DNA of 64,000 bases from Azolla caroliniana (taxonomy: Eukaryota > Plantae > Polypodiophyta): contig JBHGNT010000010.1 of NCBI GenBank assembly GCA_043228905.1, forward strand, positions 20,336,001-20,400,000, in the 5' to 3' direction. Below the pieces are notes generated by a model. It was not told where the DNA came from. It was given only the letters and a program-made list of their open reading frames with translations, and ran no database searches. Both the position numbers and the translations under genes were made by a program. Positions 1-13,047 of the stretch are shown here, one piece after another (positions within the stretch are counted from its first letter, which is position 1; each line of letters opens with the position of its first letter).

Positions 1-1749
1 CCAGCTAGGTTTAGGGTGTTGTGTGCAATTTGTTTTCTAACTTAGTTGAGCATGAGTCTAGTGATGCCAATTTAGTGATAAAAATTATTCACATATTTAC
101 TTGCCTGATAAGTACTCTATTGAGTTATTGGAGCATTGTACAATTGTTCTACCAAAATATCTAGTTACATTTCTAGGACCTTGATTTCTATTTTTGGATC
201 GACAAGTCCAAGGGTTATTTTTGTCACTAAACTCTATAGCTCATTTTAATCTACTAACTCCTTGTCCTAGATCAAATTTGGTCTCACATCAAATTCTTGA
301 TTTGGGTAGATTTTCTGAATTTGATAATGTTTGACGAACATTTCATTTGTTAATGTGGGCTTGTAGCTCTATATTTTGTAGGTGGAGTATGTTAGAGCTT
401 AAAAAGTGAGACAATTGTTATTTGATTATGTGCTTTGTCTCTAATGACATGGTATGTCAATGAGCATGTGGTCTACGTGAGAGTGTAGGTGGTTGGAGTT
501 CTAAAATTGTACATGCGGGGCCTTGAGTGCTGGGATTTATCGGAGATAAAGTAGCCTCCATTTTCTTTGAGGTATCTTTTTTCACACATGTGAAAAAAGA
601 CTTATTTTAAATTCCTTTGACATACTTTATACTTGCCAAATAGGTAGCTCATGTGTTTGATAACTAATCCCATGATTAGAAAATTGTATGGTTTAAAAAA
701 AATTTAAGGTTAAATTAAGCTTTGTGACTCGGATGTTGTATCCGTAGGCTTGTTCCATACAATAAAAAAGACATGAAGAGTTAAATGTATGGTAAATGCT
801 CCACGACCACATTAAAGAGATGGATGATGACAAAGATTCAATGTGCACATCATCGTTGGCAACTTCACTATTCACAATTGCAATTACAATACTATTCACA
901 AGAGTTCTCTCGGTGTATTACCCTCCAAGCTCTAAGTTTCTGATATATACTTAGTATTGGTGGGTTCATATTAGGTTGGCCCAAATTCCAAATTGGCCTT
1001 TCCCTCTAGTGTGAGAACCAGGTTTCATATATCTATTGGATATGGTCATGTTTAGTGCTCATTATTGTTGAACTTTGTGTATTCTTGTAACCCCTATTTG
1101 CAAATGAATGGTAGAACAATTGTGAAAAGATAGACTATTCACTGAAAAATCAACACTCATTGTGCATACTTGAAGATGAAGCTTGCTTAACGGTGAAGGA
1201 ATTGCCTACATGACACATTACATGATGTATACACATTCACATTCATATACTACATTCTATGGGAATGTGTTTCTTAACAAGAAATGATGAGTAGTTGCCT
1301 TTAACAATGACTTTTAAATGCTGAAATATTATAGATGGGAACCGGGACGTGTTTTTACCATACAACAATTGTGGAGGGTTTTTTGATTTCACATGAGAAT
1401 TTTACACTATAATCTCGGGCTAGGCAAGTCTCGTAGTGCTTGATTCTCTGTATTTCTAATTGTCTCACACTCAAATAAATGGTTAAGTACATGCAATACG
1501 TAGCATGACCCATCAAAACATTGCCATTGGTACTAAAGACCAAGTGCAGGACCAAGAAAGAAAGAGAAAAATATATTAATGTCTCTTAAGAGGAGGGGAA
1601 CACCATAAAGTTAACTTTACTAGAGCGTCACTCCACTTTGAAAGGGGACAACTTCTTTATAAAAGAACTACAAATATCACTTTCATACCTTTTTGTTTCT
1701 TCTTCTTGAATCTTGAATCTTCTCTTTCCCCAAGACTTAAGCTAGCTCA

Positions 1750-1752
<3 letters not shown>

Positions 1753-1821
<69 letters not shown>
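1753..1821. repeat. Compound microsatellite (CT)n(AT)n
   Basis: Direct read: about 23 CT units followed by about 11 TA units. Confidence 0.95.
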
Positions 1822-3540
1822 GTCATACTAAGTAGTAAGGAGGGATTAGTGTTAAGTTCTCTTTGAGCAAAATCCTAACCATCTCTTCTCTTTTATCCCA
1901 TTGGTTATAGTTACTCATTGAAGTGTGGTTAGTTATTATGTGTGTATAATTTTACTTGCCTATGTTATCTAATGCTAAAGCCCTAATATGGAATGAGTGA
2001 ACTTCTTCATGAGAATAAGCATTGAGAGAGGTGAATGTGAATTTACTTGGTCTAAGTAATCAAGGCTAGTAGTTTGAGGATGCTTGACAACCACTCTTGC
2101 GCAACTCACCATTAATAGGGTATGTAGGCATAATAGGGACCCCTTGGCCTATGATATCAATATGGAGGCAAAACTCCATTGATACAAAGATGTGCGCTTA
2201 GTAAGAACACCTCGAGTCGAAACATCAATGCAACTATTGTTTTGCATTTGTGCTTCACGTGTGTTATTTTATCCACAACATCATACCATATATAGAAACT
2301 AAACCCTAAAGAAGGGCATGTTTGTGCTTTCCAAACAACATATGTTATTTTTATTTTTTTAGTAATTTGTGTAAACTTGCATGTGGATATGGGAGTCATA
2401 CTACAATTTTTCGTTGAAATTCGTACTATTCCCTAGAAAATTTCATTGCTTGCACTTAATGCAATAAACAAAAAAGCGACTTCAAATAAAGGATTCTTGA
2501 CAACATTGAAATTGTGGGGCATCAGGGTTACCTAAAGCCATTTCCATAAGAAAATTGATTAGAAAGAATGTGAATTTTGATTGAAATAAGACGACCATAG
2601 AGCTTAAATGTAATTAAAACATTTACCAATGAGAGGAAGATTGCTATTGATTGATAACCCTAACATGCATATCTATGAATAATCTACAATATAATAAACA
2701 ACTCTCCAAAGTGTCAACACCAGTACGTATTGTTCTAGGTTAATGCCAACATTAAGGCATTAAGTGTAACTCTTTAAATGTTTTGTTTTGTTTTAAGAGT
2801 TGTTGGTAATAAGTGTTTGCCTCACTAGCAAGGCAATGAATTTTACGTAACCCAAGAAGGTTCTTAACTTGAAAGGCAAAGGCAAACTCATAAATTTTCA
2901 CTCCTACCTATAATATTGTGACTAATTACGACAATACACAACTTGCATTTAAAACACATTTCAAAACATCCTCATGATCAATAAGAAAGAAAATGCAAAT
3001 ATAGTAGATCAAACATGTATTTATGTACTCATAGATAATAATTTCAATTGCATTAAATCTTGCAAGAAGGCTATATTCATACAAATCTTCAATTAATTGT
3101 GTGTTTATCTAGACGAGCATGTAAAAAAGCAACAAGTAATTTGTAAAGTGATGTGCACAACCAAATTTGATAACAATCAATTTAAGGTTCAAGCATTTCA
3201 TGGCCATTTTATAGTAGATGGTATAGAAGATGTTTGATCTCAAGGGGCGATGCCATTACCAATAAGATGTTTACAAATCATGTTGAACAATTTGAAGTTG
3301 TTGATGTGTGTTTTTTGACATCTCTCTCTATTGGATGTATAACATCCTAATATCCCACTCGAACTTTTACCCTTCCATTATTTAGTTCATGATCAATCAT
3401 TTCAAGGGGTAAGTGGTAACAATTGCTGCCCTTGATGAAGATCCAAAGAGATTAGAAGACCATAAAAACTATACAATTCGTTTTGGGAAATGACTCAAAA
3501 CCATTGTTCCTTGTCAGAAACTCCCATGCACATTTTAGAT

Positions 3541-3770
3541 ACAGCCCAATTCATTGCACAGATGGAGAAACTTAATGTTATGTTTGGATTACAGCATAGC
3601 ATTTTCTGCTTAGCCCAGGTGAAGGCAATCAAAATCTCATGGCAAGAATCGAACTACAGCCCAATTCATTGCACAGATGGAGAAACTTAATGTTATGTTT
3701 GGATTACAGCATAGCATTTTGTGCTTAGCTCAGGTAAAGGCAATCAAAATCTCATGGCAAGAATCGAACT
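3541..3770. repeat. 115-bp tandem duplication (2 copies) downstream of the PHT4 stop
   Basis: acagcccaattcattgc...gaatcgaact at 3541-3655 and 3656-3770, about 3 mismatches. Confidence 0.9.
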
Positions 3771-4208
3771 CAATACGTCATTAATGTAAGTATCTTAACC
3801 AATCGGGATAAAATCTGAAGAACACTGTCTAGATTGATCCAATCTCATTAATCAATTTACAATTTGCTCTATACATATGGACTATATATGTAATCTGTAC
3901 ATATGACAATGCTCTACATGAACTGCAAAAAATCACAGTGATGCTATGAGTAACAGATAAACATGTAATGAGAAAAAACCTCACTAAAATTAACTAGTAA
4001 AAATATTACCTCTCTGATTGCAATTCTCCATTCCAATTTCGCATTTCCATTCCTCCTTCATGATATATATATATATATAAAATGTGCCTCCACGTATACC
4101 TATATCTGTTTATACTCATATATATTACATTCTCTCCTTTGTCCATTTTACAAAACTTAGATGGCAATTCTTTCACATTCCTTTGTCTGCAGGTGGATCT
4201 TCTAGATA

Positions 4209-7200
4209 TCAATGCATTTCTTTGAAAGTTTGAGGTTCACTGCTTGCAAACAAGTTCCATACAATTGTTCCAGTGACCCAGAAAAATATGCAAGGAGCAA
4301 AAAGCGCACTCTGCATGAGCCAAAGATAGCATAAATGGTGTTTAGATAAAGTTAGTCTGCAATTTAGAAACATCAACTGAGAATTTCTGTCGTGGAAAAT
4401 CTGTATTACTATAGATGAATATCTACTTTATAGATAAAAATAAATGTGGCCAACAATATAGCAATGCAATAAACTGTTGTGTATCATGATGTCTTCTTAA
4501 AGGCAGTTTGTTATGTGATAATCAGTAAGTACTACATATTGACTTGTACGGAGATCGGCCATACCAAATAAATTCAAATGACCTTGTGCAACACGACTAG
4601 CAAAGAGGAACTTCAACTAGATACAAGATAAGATTGATCTTGTGGATGTTGGTTGCAACAGCGGATATTGGAGGATTACATGCCATCACATTCTTGAAAA
4701 GCTTAGGTAAATAGATGCTTGCAGGTTGTGTATGCCAAGAAATACATGGACATTGCCTGATCAGATCATAATCTAGAAAAAACTAGTTTTTACCATCTCC
4801 CAGTTTCAGATTGATCTTATGGAGTTGGATTCTTTTCTTTATTTTTAAAATATCTTATTTTCCTCAAGAAATAAAGACAAAAACCAGAACTTAAGAATAC
4901 TGAAGGCTGTGATTATATTGCACATTGCAATTGGATTCCCTCTGACTCCCATTTTTTTCTTCAAAACAGTTACGAACGAAAAAGGCTGCAAGATAATGTT
5001 CCACAGTTTTGACAAGCTTTGAAGATAGACACAGAATCCAGCTGCATCTGTGTCTATCTTGACAAGAATTTCTGCTGAATTAGCCTTACGATGTTGTCAA
5101 CGGTAGGTTTAAGACAAACATGCATATGCATTTCAAAAAGTTTTTCCTTGTTTCCTTTGTTTTGTTTCAGTTTGTGCTGTCCCTCCCATGATCCAACCCC
5201 TGAGTGTAATGTAACATCACACGTACCAAAGAAGTGCAGGGTTTGTTAACCCTACTGACACATGTTTTTATTATTTTGATGTAATACTTTGAGATAGAAT
5301 AATATAATGCTGCATCCTAGTAGCAGTTTTAGTCCATAAACTTACGTTCCATGAATGTGTTTGATCAAGCAGATAGCCCGTGAAATATACACCCAGAATC
5401 CCTGGAATTGCTCCAGCAGTGTTTGTTATGCCCTACAAAAGAACAACATGGTTTGGTAAGTTGAACTATGCAAACTAATGAAAGGAGTACAGTACAAATA
5501 CTTACCAGTAGTATACTTGCATATTTCCGAGAAATATCCTGATGGCTACAATATAAACCTGAAATGATAACAATTCACGAAGGTCAAAATTTTCAAACAT
5601 GCATATCCTCACTTGTATTATGAAATATTTGTCGACCTCCTAGGGCAAAGCTTGAAAGAGCCAATCCACACGTGATAACTGACACGGTCATCACAGGGGA
5701 CAGTTCAGTGTTGAAGGCAATAATTGACATGCATGTTGTAGGTGACAGGAAAGCAATTGTCTGACAGAGCTTACGAACCTACATCTCAATTTAAGAATTA
5801 AATATAGGTTTATCAATGCTTTAAATTCATCTTCAAGAGTCGTGACCACTGACTAATAGCAAAGCCAAAAAAGTAGGCAATACACTTACAAATGTGATAT
5901 CTGCACCTTTAGATATCAAATAATCTGCAGAAGTTGCAGCAAAACCAGATACAAACATTCCTCCCAGGGGTGGAAGAAGGGAGATCTACCATAGTAAAAT
6001 CCCCATTTAGACTAACGAAGAAATCTTTCAACAAAAGACAAAACGAAAAGGGTGAGGCACAGACTTACCAGAGCTGTATTTGTAAGATCAAGGTTGAGTT
6101 CTTCACTGAAAACATTAAATCCAGAAAATATCCAGTGAGAGATTTTAATAGCTTTAACCTCTATTGGTGGGAACTTGGAATAAACAAAAATATATTCCAA
6201 AAGAGTGCAAAGAAGCACGTTCCTATAAATTAAGTCAGAGACAAGCATCTTAACTACCTCTTGGATATTTTGGCAAACTCATCCCAGGGAGCACTCATAA
6301 TGCTCATATTACTTGCTACTAGTCCTCGAAATTCATTAGGCTATTTACATTCTCCATCCACGGAATTTAGGATTTTAAGTTTTAAGGAATGTCGTTTCAA
6401 AAAACCAAATTTAGCGTATCAAGAAGTAAGAGTAATAATTATTTGCAGATGAAAGGATAATGTTCATGAGAGTCATTATTATTTCACTCCTGTTGTGCAC
6501 TCCTAATGCTAACTTGCTACTAGTCCTAGATGCTCATTAAGCTCTTTGCCGTTCTCCATCCATGGAATTTAGGATTTAAAGTGTAAGGAACATTATTTCA
6601 AAGAACCAAATTTAATGTGTCGAGAAGAGTGATAATGATGTGAAGATGAAAGAAATTTGTTCATTAGAGACCTGAAATAGGAAGGTAACCACGCCATGAT
6701 GCAATAATGACCCCAATTTCCACAAAAATGGGTATAAATCATGGCCCATACTGATGGACTCTTGAAGAAAGCACCCCATGGAATACTCTGCAAAAAGACC
6801 AAAATACATTTTGTAAGACCACACTCCACTATTTATATATGTATGTGAGTGACTTATTCTGAAACATAGAAGTATGGGGTCTCAAATCTCAATCGAAAGA
6901 TGGCGGTATTGACATCTGCATATTGCCCCCCTGAATGTTTCAAAAAACAACGAACCTCACTCAATACCACCCTGGAGCCAGACTGTTTTCTAATATCTAC
7001 CATCAAGTTTAATACAGCATATTTCCAACACTGCATTATGCATTTTACTCCAATAACATGTAGCCATTAACCCCATGGCTTGAGAGAGTCCACAAAGGAG
7101 CAGTATATTTTCATTTTATGTAGCCCAGCCATCGACACAACCTTTATGCAGGCTTGTTCAATAATCATAGTGTTCTAGAAAGGTGTACTACCAATATAGC

Positions 7201-10200
7201 TTCATCCAACAGCCAGAATGCTAAAATGAGAGAAAGGATCTAATTAAAGATGAAAATGCAGAGAATAGAGTAACTACTTATCTGCAGTAAATCTGCTGCA
7301 CCTGTTACCTATTTCCTGGTTTGAAAAACTTCATCTATTACTATATTAGAGAATAAAAAACTAAAAAACGCAATGCATCATATTGTGGTTTGCTTGTGAC
7401 CTCTTTTTTCATCTATAAACTAATCATTTGATCCCAAGTATAACAAAATTTAATTAGTAGACCTACAATCAGTTGTATGATGAACAACAATTTTATGGAG
7501 AAAATACAAAAGCCCCTACTACTGTTCAACATAAATACCTGATCATCATCTTTCTCTAAATTGTCATTGTTGGTCAGTTCACCTGGAATCCAAATGTTAT
7601 TTATACAAAATTATCCGAATGGTCATAGATCACTTTTCTAATGTTCTTAGAAATAAGTTACAATTACATTATCTGAACTTATATCACACTAAAGAAGTTT
7701 ATACCATTATAAAAATCTATCAAATTTTGAGGTAACATTAGCAAATATTCCAAAATAATAAGAGTACCATTTCCATTTGTGTGCTAGTGCAAGGAGTTTG
7801 ACTTAAACAAAGACGCAGAATCAGCAGAGTGTCACCTTAGTAATCACAATGCACACTAATAGAGAAGGTCAGGCTAGGAAAAGTATCAATGTATAGGGTG
7901 ATATAAGCAGGAAAGACAGATGAAAGAAAAGCAAGGCAGCAAGAGTGCCTTGTGAAACATGGGCAACAGAGGGATGGCACATGGTTTACCCATAATAAAA
8001 GATGGGACAAGTATACATAATGTCACGGACACTGGGTCAATGCACAAGAATCCATTGGCAACGGAGACAATATATGGGAAATCACATTGCAAATCATTAC
8101 TTGCATATAATAACTTCATATATAGCTAGTCATATATTAGAATGATCACCTTTGCCTAATGATCTCTGACCAGTTTTCTTGGTAAACAATGAGAACCCCA
8201 CAGACCTATTAAAATCAGCAAAAGAATCTATTAGCACAATCTGATTCAATTGAAAATAAATCAATTAATACAAAGTATTGCTATGAGATTCTATCTTTGT
8301 GAATTGATGTGATACGCATTTAAGGTTACTCAAGTATAGCTAGTAAGGTATAATATACAGATCATGATAACATGCTTGTAATAATATCTTAAGCATGTGG
8401 CATTTACAATCGGATTTAGGATGTACTACTGATACTGATCATATTCAGGTACCCATATAACAGTCTCCTCTCGTTTTTCTAGGAGCACCAAAGATACTAA
8501 AAATAGGACAGAAGATAAGACATACCAAATGATACCTAGAATACCAAATGTATAGAATACATATTCCCAACCAAAATGCTCAATTAAAATGGGCGCTAAC
8601 AGCAACCTGAAAAACAACCAAACAAAGGTGTATGTTTTCATGTAAAACACAAATAATCTTCATATGTGGAATTATGAAATTTAAACCTCAGTATGTGTGG
8701 TTAATCCATGAATGTGGACGCTGTGAATTTTTTTGCGCTGAATGAAAAAAAATACTGATCCCTATGTGCCACAAAATGAAATCATCCTATATTGCATTTA
8801 TTTTAACTATGCCTTGGAATGTTACCCAAGCACACTTCCAACATTGAGCCCGTTGAAAACAAAAGCCACTGCACGTGACCTTTCTGCTGTTGGCATAGAT
8901 CTGGAATCAACAAAATTGGGGATCATAAAAGCATTTCAGTAACTAACATTCGAGTTCATCGCCAAAAATTACGAAAGATACAATTACAATTTTGCAATAT
9001 TCTTTCTACTGAAGACTAAAAAATAGGATTCGGCCATTTATTTGTGCCATGAATGTATTAACATCAGCTTTGGAAATACTGAGCATTGCGTGAATGTGCA
9101 CATCATTCTTTTTTGTTTCTCCTTTTCCAAATGAATATTCTTCCTTTACTTACGATTAACATATTGTTCTACAACCCCCAAATGAAGCTAACAATGAACA
9201 ACAGATCCAGCTAGTAATAAATGGAATTCAAACACATTATATTGTCTAAACAAAGAAGAGAAAGATATGAGGAATAGTAGCCAGGAGTCAGAACCAAAAC
9301 TTGTATATCTGACTAGGATCTGTAGCCAAGCCTTGGTGTATACAACTTAGGTATATGCTCCATCTCTGACTGTTTCAAGATGCTAGGAGCAGCCCAAATT
9401 CAGTGGCTAGATAACAAAGAGAAACACACCAAGGTCCTTCGAAGACAGAAATTTCTTTCTTGAAGAAAATTGCATGGGATGTGAACTTGTCATCCTAATT
9501 ATTCTCTCTTCGTTTCTTTGAAAATATTTTTTATGCCACTACCCACCTTGCAATCAGATCAGTTGCTGCAGATGGGGAAACTCCTTCACCAAGTCCCACC
9601 TGTAATGCATGTTACATCGTAAAAAAAAGGAAGCTCATATTTCAAAATGTCAACATACAGAGCATAATAAGCATAAATGGCAACCTACAAGGAACCGTGA
9701 AAACAGAAGACCTGGTATAAAGAATGCAACTGTTGGAACAGCAGCTGTGGCCAGTGACCATACAAACACCCCAATTTGGAGAACAATCCTGCATGTACAA
9801 CGAAGTTATTGAGACACAGGTGGTATACCTTGGCAAAAAACACAGTTGTATGGTATGACTTGCTGACGATCACATTTTAACACCTTCATTCAGATAAAAA
9901 ATAGAGGGCTATTATCCTTTATCTGTCACGCCACATCAATAAATACACTACGGGAATTAGATTATTGATTATTCGGCCACTAATACAGTAGAAAGTCAAT
10001 CAAGATCAGCAGATTACGTAGGCATCCATCACAGTTGTGCCAGAGGTTAAAATGCCAGCTTTAGCTTTCTGACTTGCCTCTACGACTCTCTTGGCACTCC
10101 AATCCCAACTATGAGGATATCCCAGGCTTCTGCTGGGACCATAGATTCCAAAAGGCCATACCGCAATTTCAGCTTTCTTGACCCTGAAATACTAAATTTG

Positions 10201-12935
10201 GCTTCTTTGTAGTGCAAGCCTACATCACCGCAAGAAAATCATATAGTGTTTACTTATTTCCGATATCCAAGAAAGGGTCTTTCACGGGTTTGCCTTGGTA
10301 TAGCATTCATACTGTTGAATTAAACGATCCTGGTCATCTGATTTCCGTAAGGTCACCCCAGTACTATTTTGAAAATGAGGATCCAAGTAGTTGGTATTGG
10401 CATATTGCTGAAAAACTAAGAAAAGAATATTATCACTCACGAGATTGAGTGGCTACATGAACTATTTGGCAATAGACTTGCCTTGCTACACTCTATACCA
10501 AGCCACTACTATCCTCTTCTAGATCTTAAAATCAAAATATAACTGTCAAGGGCTTCTACCAGAGTCTTCACCTGGAAATGTTCAAATGAGAGAGGAAAAC
10601 AGGAGATTACTTACTCCCCAGTAAACCTTCTTGCAAACCATCCTCCAGGTAGTTGACTCATAGCATAGCCCCAGAAAAATGATGACTGAACTAACCCTGC
10701 TGTCGAGGCATCCCAATCTAGCTGTTTTGACATTGGTATGATGGCAATACTTAGATTTACCTATAAATGGGAAGTGAGATTAGATATTAGGCGCAAATAT
10801 GGCTGTCCTATCATGTATCAGATATAAATACTAGATCATTAAATCACTCTTTCTTTCAAAAATGAAAGTTTCAAATGCAATCGTAGGTTTCTACACAGGG
10901 AATTATAACTTAAAAAGGCACCCATACAATAGTGCAACAAAAAATAATGGGTGTGAAAGGTCAACAGCAGAAATTACACATAGATTATCAACAGTTATTG
11001 TAAAAAGCACAACCAAGAGGGCTACAGCATTCTGATCCATTATTGACCCAAATCAGGATGTTGGTCTCACCCTGGACCCACAAAACAATAAAATGTTGGA
11101 AACGACTATCCAACTATCTTGCACATAAATAACCAAAGCAAGAACGAATGATTCTTGGGAAGAAGGAAAACCAATTGAACAAGAATTTTGGAATCCGAAG
11201 ATCAGGGGATGAATTTAGAGTTCTCTCCAGCAATTGGTAGAGTATCCACAGCAGGGGATGAATTTGAGATGAAACCAATATTTTGAGCCTTTTGTTGAAA
11301 TGCTAAGAAGAATACTCTTCATTTTTTTAATCCTGTAATGGTCAAGGAGCAAGAGTTTGATTAGTTCATATGAACTCAATCATTCTGAAACTTTTCCTAT
11401 AGGAAGTGACTTGAGGGTGTATGTGTCATTGAACCCAGGCTTCAAGGATGCCATCTTTCACTGATCTGTGGTAGAGCATTTACAGGCTTTCACTTATTTG
11501 TTTTGTCAATGAATCTTGTGGCAAAGATTGGGGGTGCTCAAAGTTATGTTAATGGAAGCATGTAAACGTTGAAACTTTTCCTTTCCAGACACTTTTTTGT
11601 TTCATCAACGACGAACATTGTAACATTTAAAAAATAGTCAACAGAAGCATGTAAACATTCAAACCTTTCACGTAAACCATTTCCTATGATGGAAACTTGT
11701 GACATTGAAAACCTAATCTATAGGAGATTGTAACCTTATCCACAGAAGAACACTAAGCACTATTTCCTCCAAACACTGAATATTTTGACCTATCTTACAT
11801 AACTAATAGACGCACCTCAATTATCGGTACAGACCTTAGCTGCGTACTTTTGCAGTCTTATGAAAAGCAAGTTTAAAAGATCAGACAGCATCCATGTGCA
11901 AATATCAAAAGCTGGACGTTTTAGAGAGCATTTACAGGCACTGCAACTATGATGGAAACTTGTGACATCGTTAGTGAATATTTAAAACCTTCATACAAAG
12001 CTTTTTGTTGTAAATATGAATTGTGATAGTATTTTGAAGGCTTTTGATCAACTTCATCAGAAAAACCTCTGATTTCACAGTCCAACTTTCATTTCATATT
12101 TTTCCTTGTTTTATGAGAAAGAGGTAGCAACAGAACTCGAATCACATCCATGTTGCAAATGACAAAAACTATCATTTTAAAGAACATGGCATTACAGTAG
12201 AAATGGAAGCTTGAGAAATATTTCTGAATATTCACTTGAAACCCTAATATGGAGGAACATGAAACATTATTTCATTCCATGTCATTAGTTCTTAATTTTT
12301 CTTGTTTAATGGAAAGAGGAGAAAAATTAAAGAAAACCATTATAAATTTGGTGAATGGCAAAAACTAACATTTTGAGGAGCACATTTACAGGAATATGAG
12401 GGTCTGTGGAAGTGGTTACAGTTCAAAACCTGTGCCTATTGAGCATCTTGCTTAACTTGAGAAAAGAAGAAGCAACAAAACGACATACCTTATCCATGTT
12501 GCAAATGACAAATGCAAATGCAGTCGTCAGGATAAGCTTGTATCTTCGGGGAATAGTGTCCCAAATGCCGTAAAAAGAGGAGACGAATTCGGTATCCTCC
12601 TCAGGCACAATTAAGCTGCCTTCTTCCTCTGATTCAAACAAAAGCTTTGGCTGAACACCGTTGTTAGGCGCAGAAGAAGATTTAGGCAAGGCAAGAGGAC
12701 GAAGAGAACGCAAACTTCTCCGATTCTTCTTCAACTTTGTGGTCGTGGTGGTAGAGGAGAATGGAGGGGGGGGATCATAAAGGAAACATCGGCAAGATGT
12801 GAGCATGGTTCGCAGAGTGCGATTGGGGGGGCACATGGGGAGAGGAGGGGAGAAGAGGGGACGGGGAAGGTGACCATGGGAGCTTCGAAGGTTGTCGCCA
12901 TGGGAGCTTCGCAGACACAGGGATTTGGAGGCCAT
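4209..12935 (-). CDS. PHT4;5: Plastid-targeted PHT4/SLC17-family anion (phosphate) transporter, PHT4;5/ANTR6-like, about 544 aa, 15 exons
   Basis: Exons (minus): 12935-12489, 10760-10615, 9788-9689, 9599-9547, 8900-8826, 8606-8526, 8205-8150, 7582-7539, 6787-6672, 6105-6069, 5985-5890, 5778-5637, 5558-5506, 5432-5346, 4310-4209. All introns GT-AG; total 1635 nt in frame to TGA. Motifs ICNMDKVNLSIAIIPM, GLGEGVSPSAATDLIAR, IPW...WAMIYTHFCGNWGHY, GLYCSHQDIS.KYA, GITNTAGAIPG. Ser/Arg/Pro-rich N-terminus resembles a transit peptide. Confidence 0.92.
6311..6640. repeat. Degenerate ~130-bp direct repeat (period ~200 bp) in PHT4 intron 9
   Basis: acttgctactagtcct...ggaatttaggattt...aaccaaattta at about 6311-6438 and 6512-6640. 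Confidence 0.75.
10270..10349 (+). pseudogene. psbB: Nuclear plastid DNA insertion (NUPT): 5' end of psbB (CP47) in PHT4 intron 2
   Basis: Translates (T)GLPWYSIHTVELNDPGHLISV versus the conserved PsbB N-terminus [23 protein letters not shown]. Preceded by an SD-like AAAGGG; the start codon position reads ACG (10284-10286). Confidence 0.85.
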
Positions 12936-13005
12936 TGAACAGAAGCAGAAAAGGAAGAAGAAGAGGAGAGACTGTGGCTTTTGTCTTTCCCGCCACTCCT
13001 TAAGC

Positions 13006-13047
13006 GGGGGGGGGGGGGGGGGGGGATCTGGGAGGGTTCCACGTGGC
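13006..13047 (-). promoter_or_regulatory. G20 homopolymer plus G-box (GCCACGTGG) in the PHT4 5' region
   Basis: Poly-G at 13006-13025 and CACGTG at 13040-13045, about 105 nt upstream of the ATG. G-boxes are common in light/ABA-regulated genes (established); function here is inferred. Confidence 0.5.

Noticed and set aside
1-3400. Short ORFs and possible old TE debris
   Set aside because: AT-rich, with no recognisable domains, termini or splice-consistent gene model.
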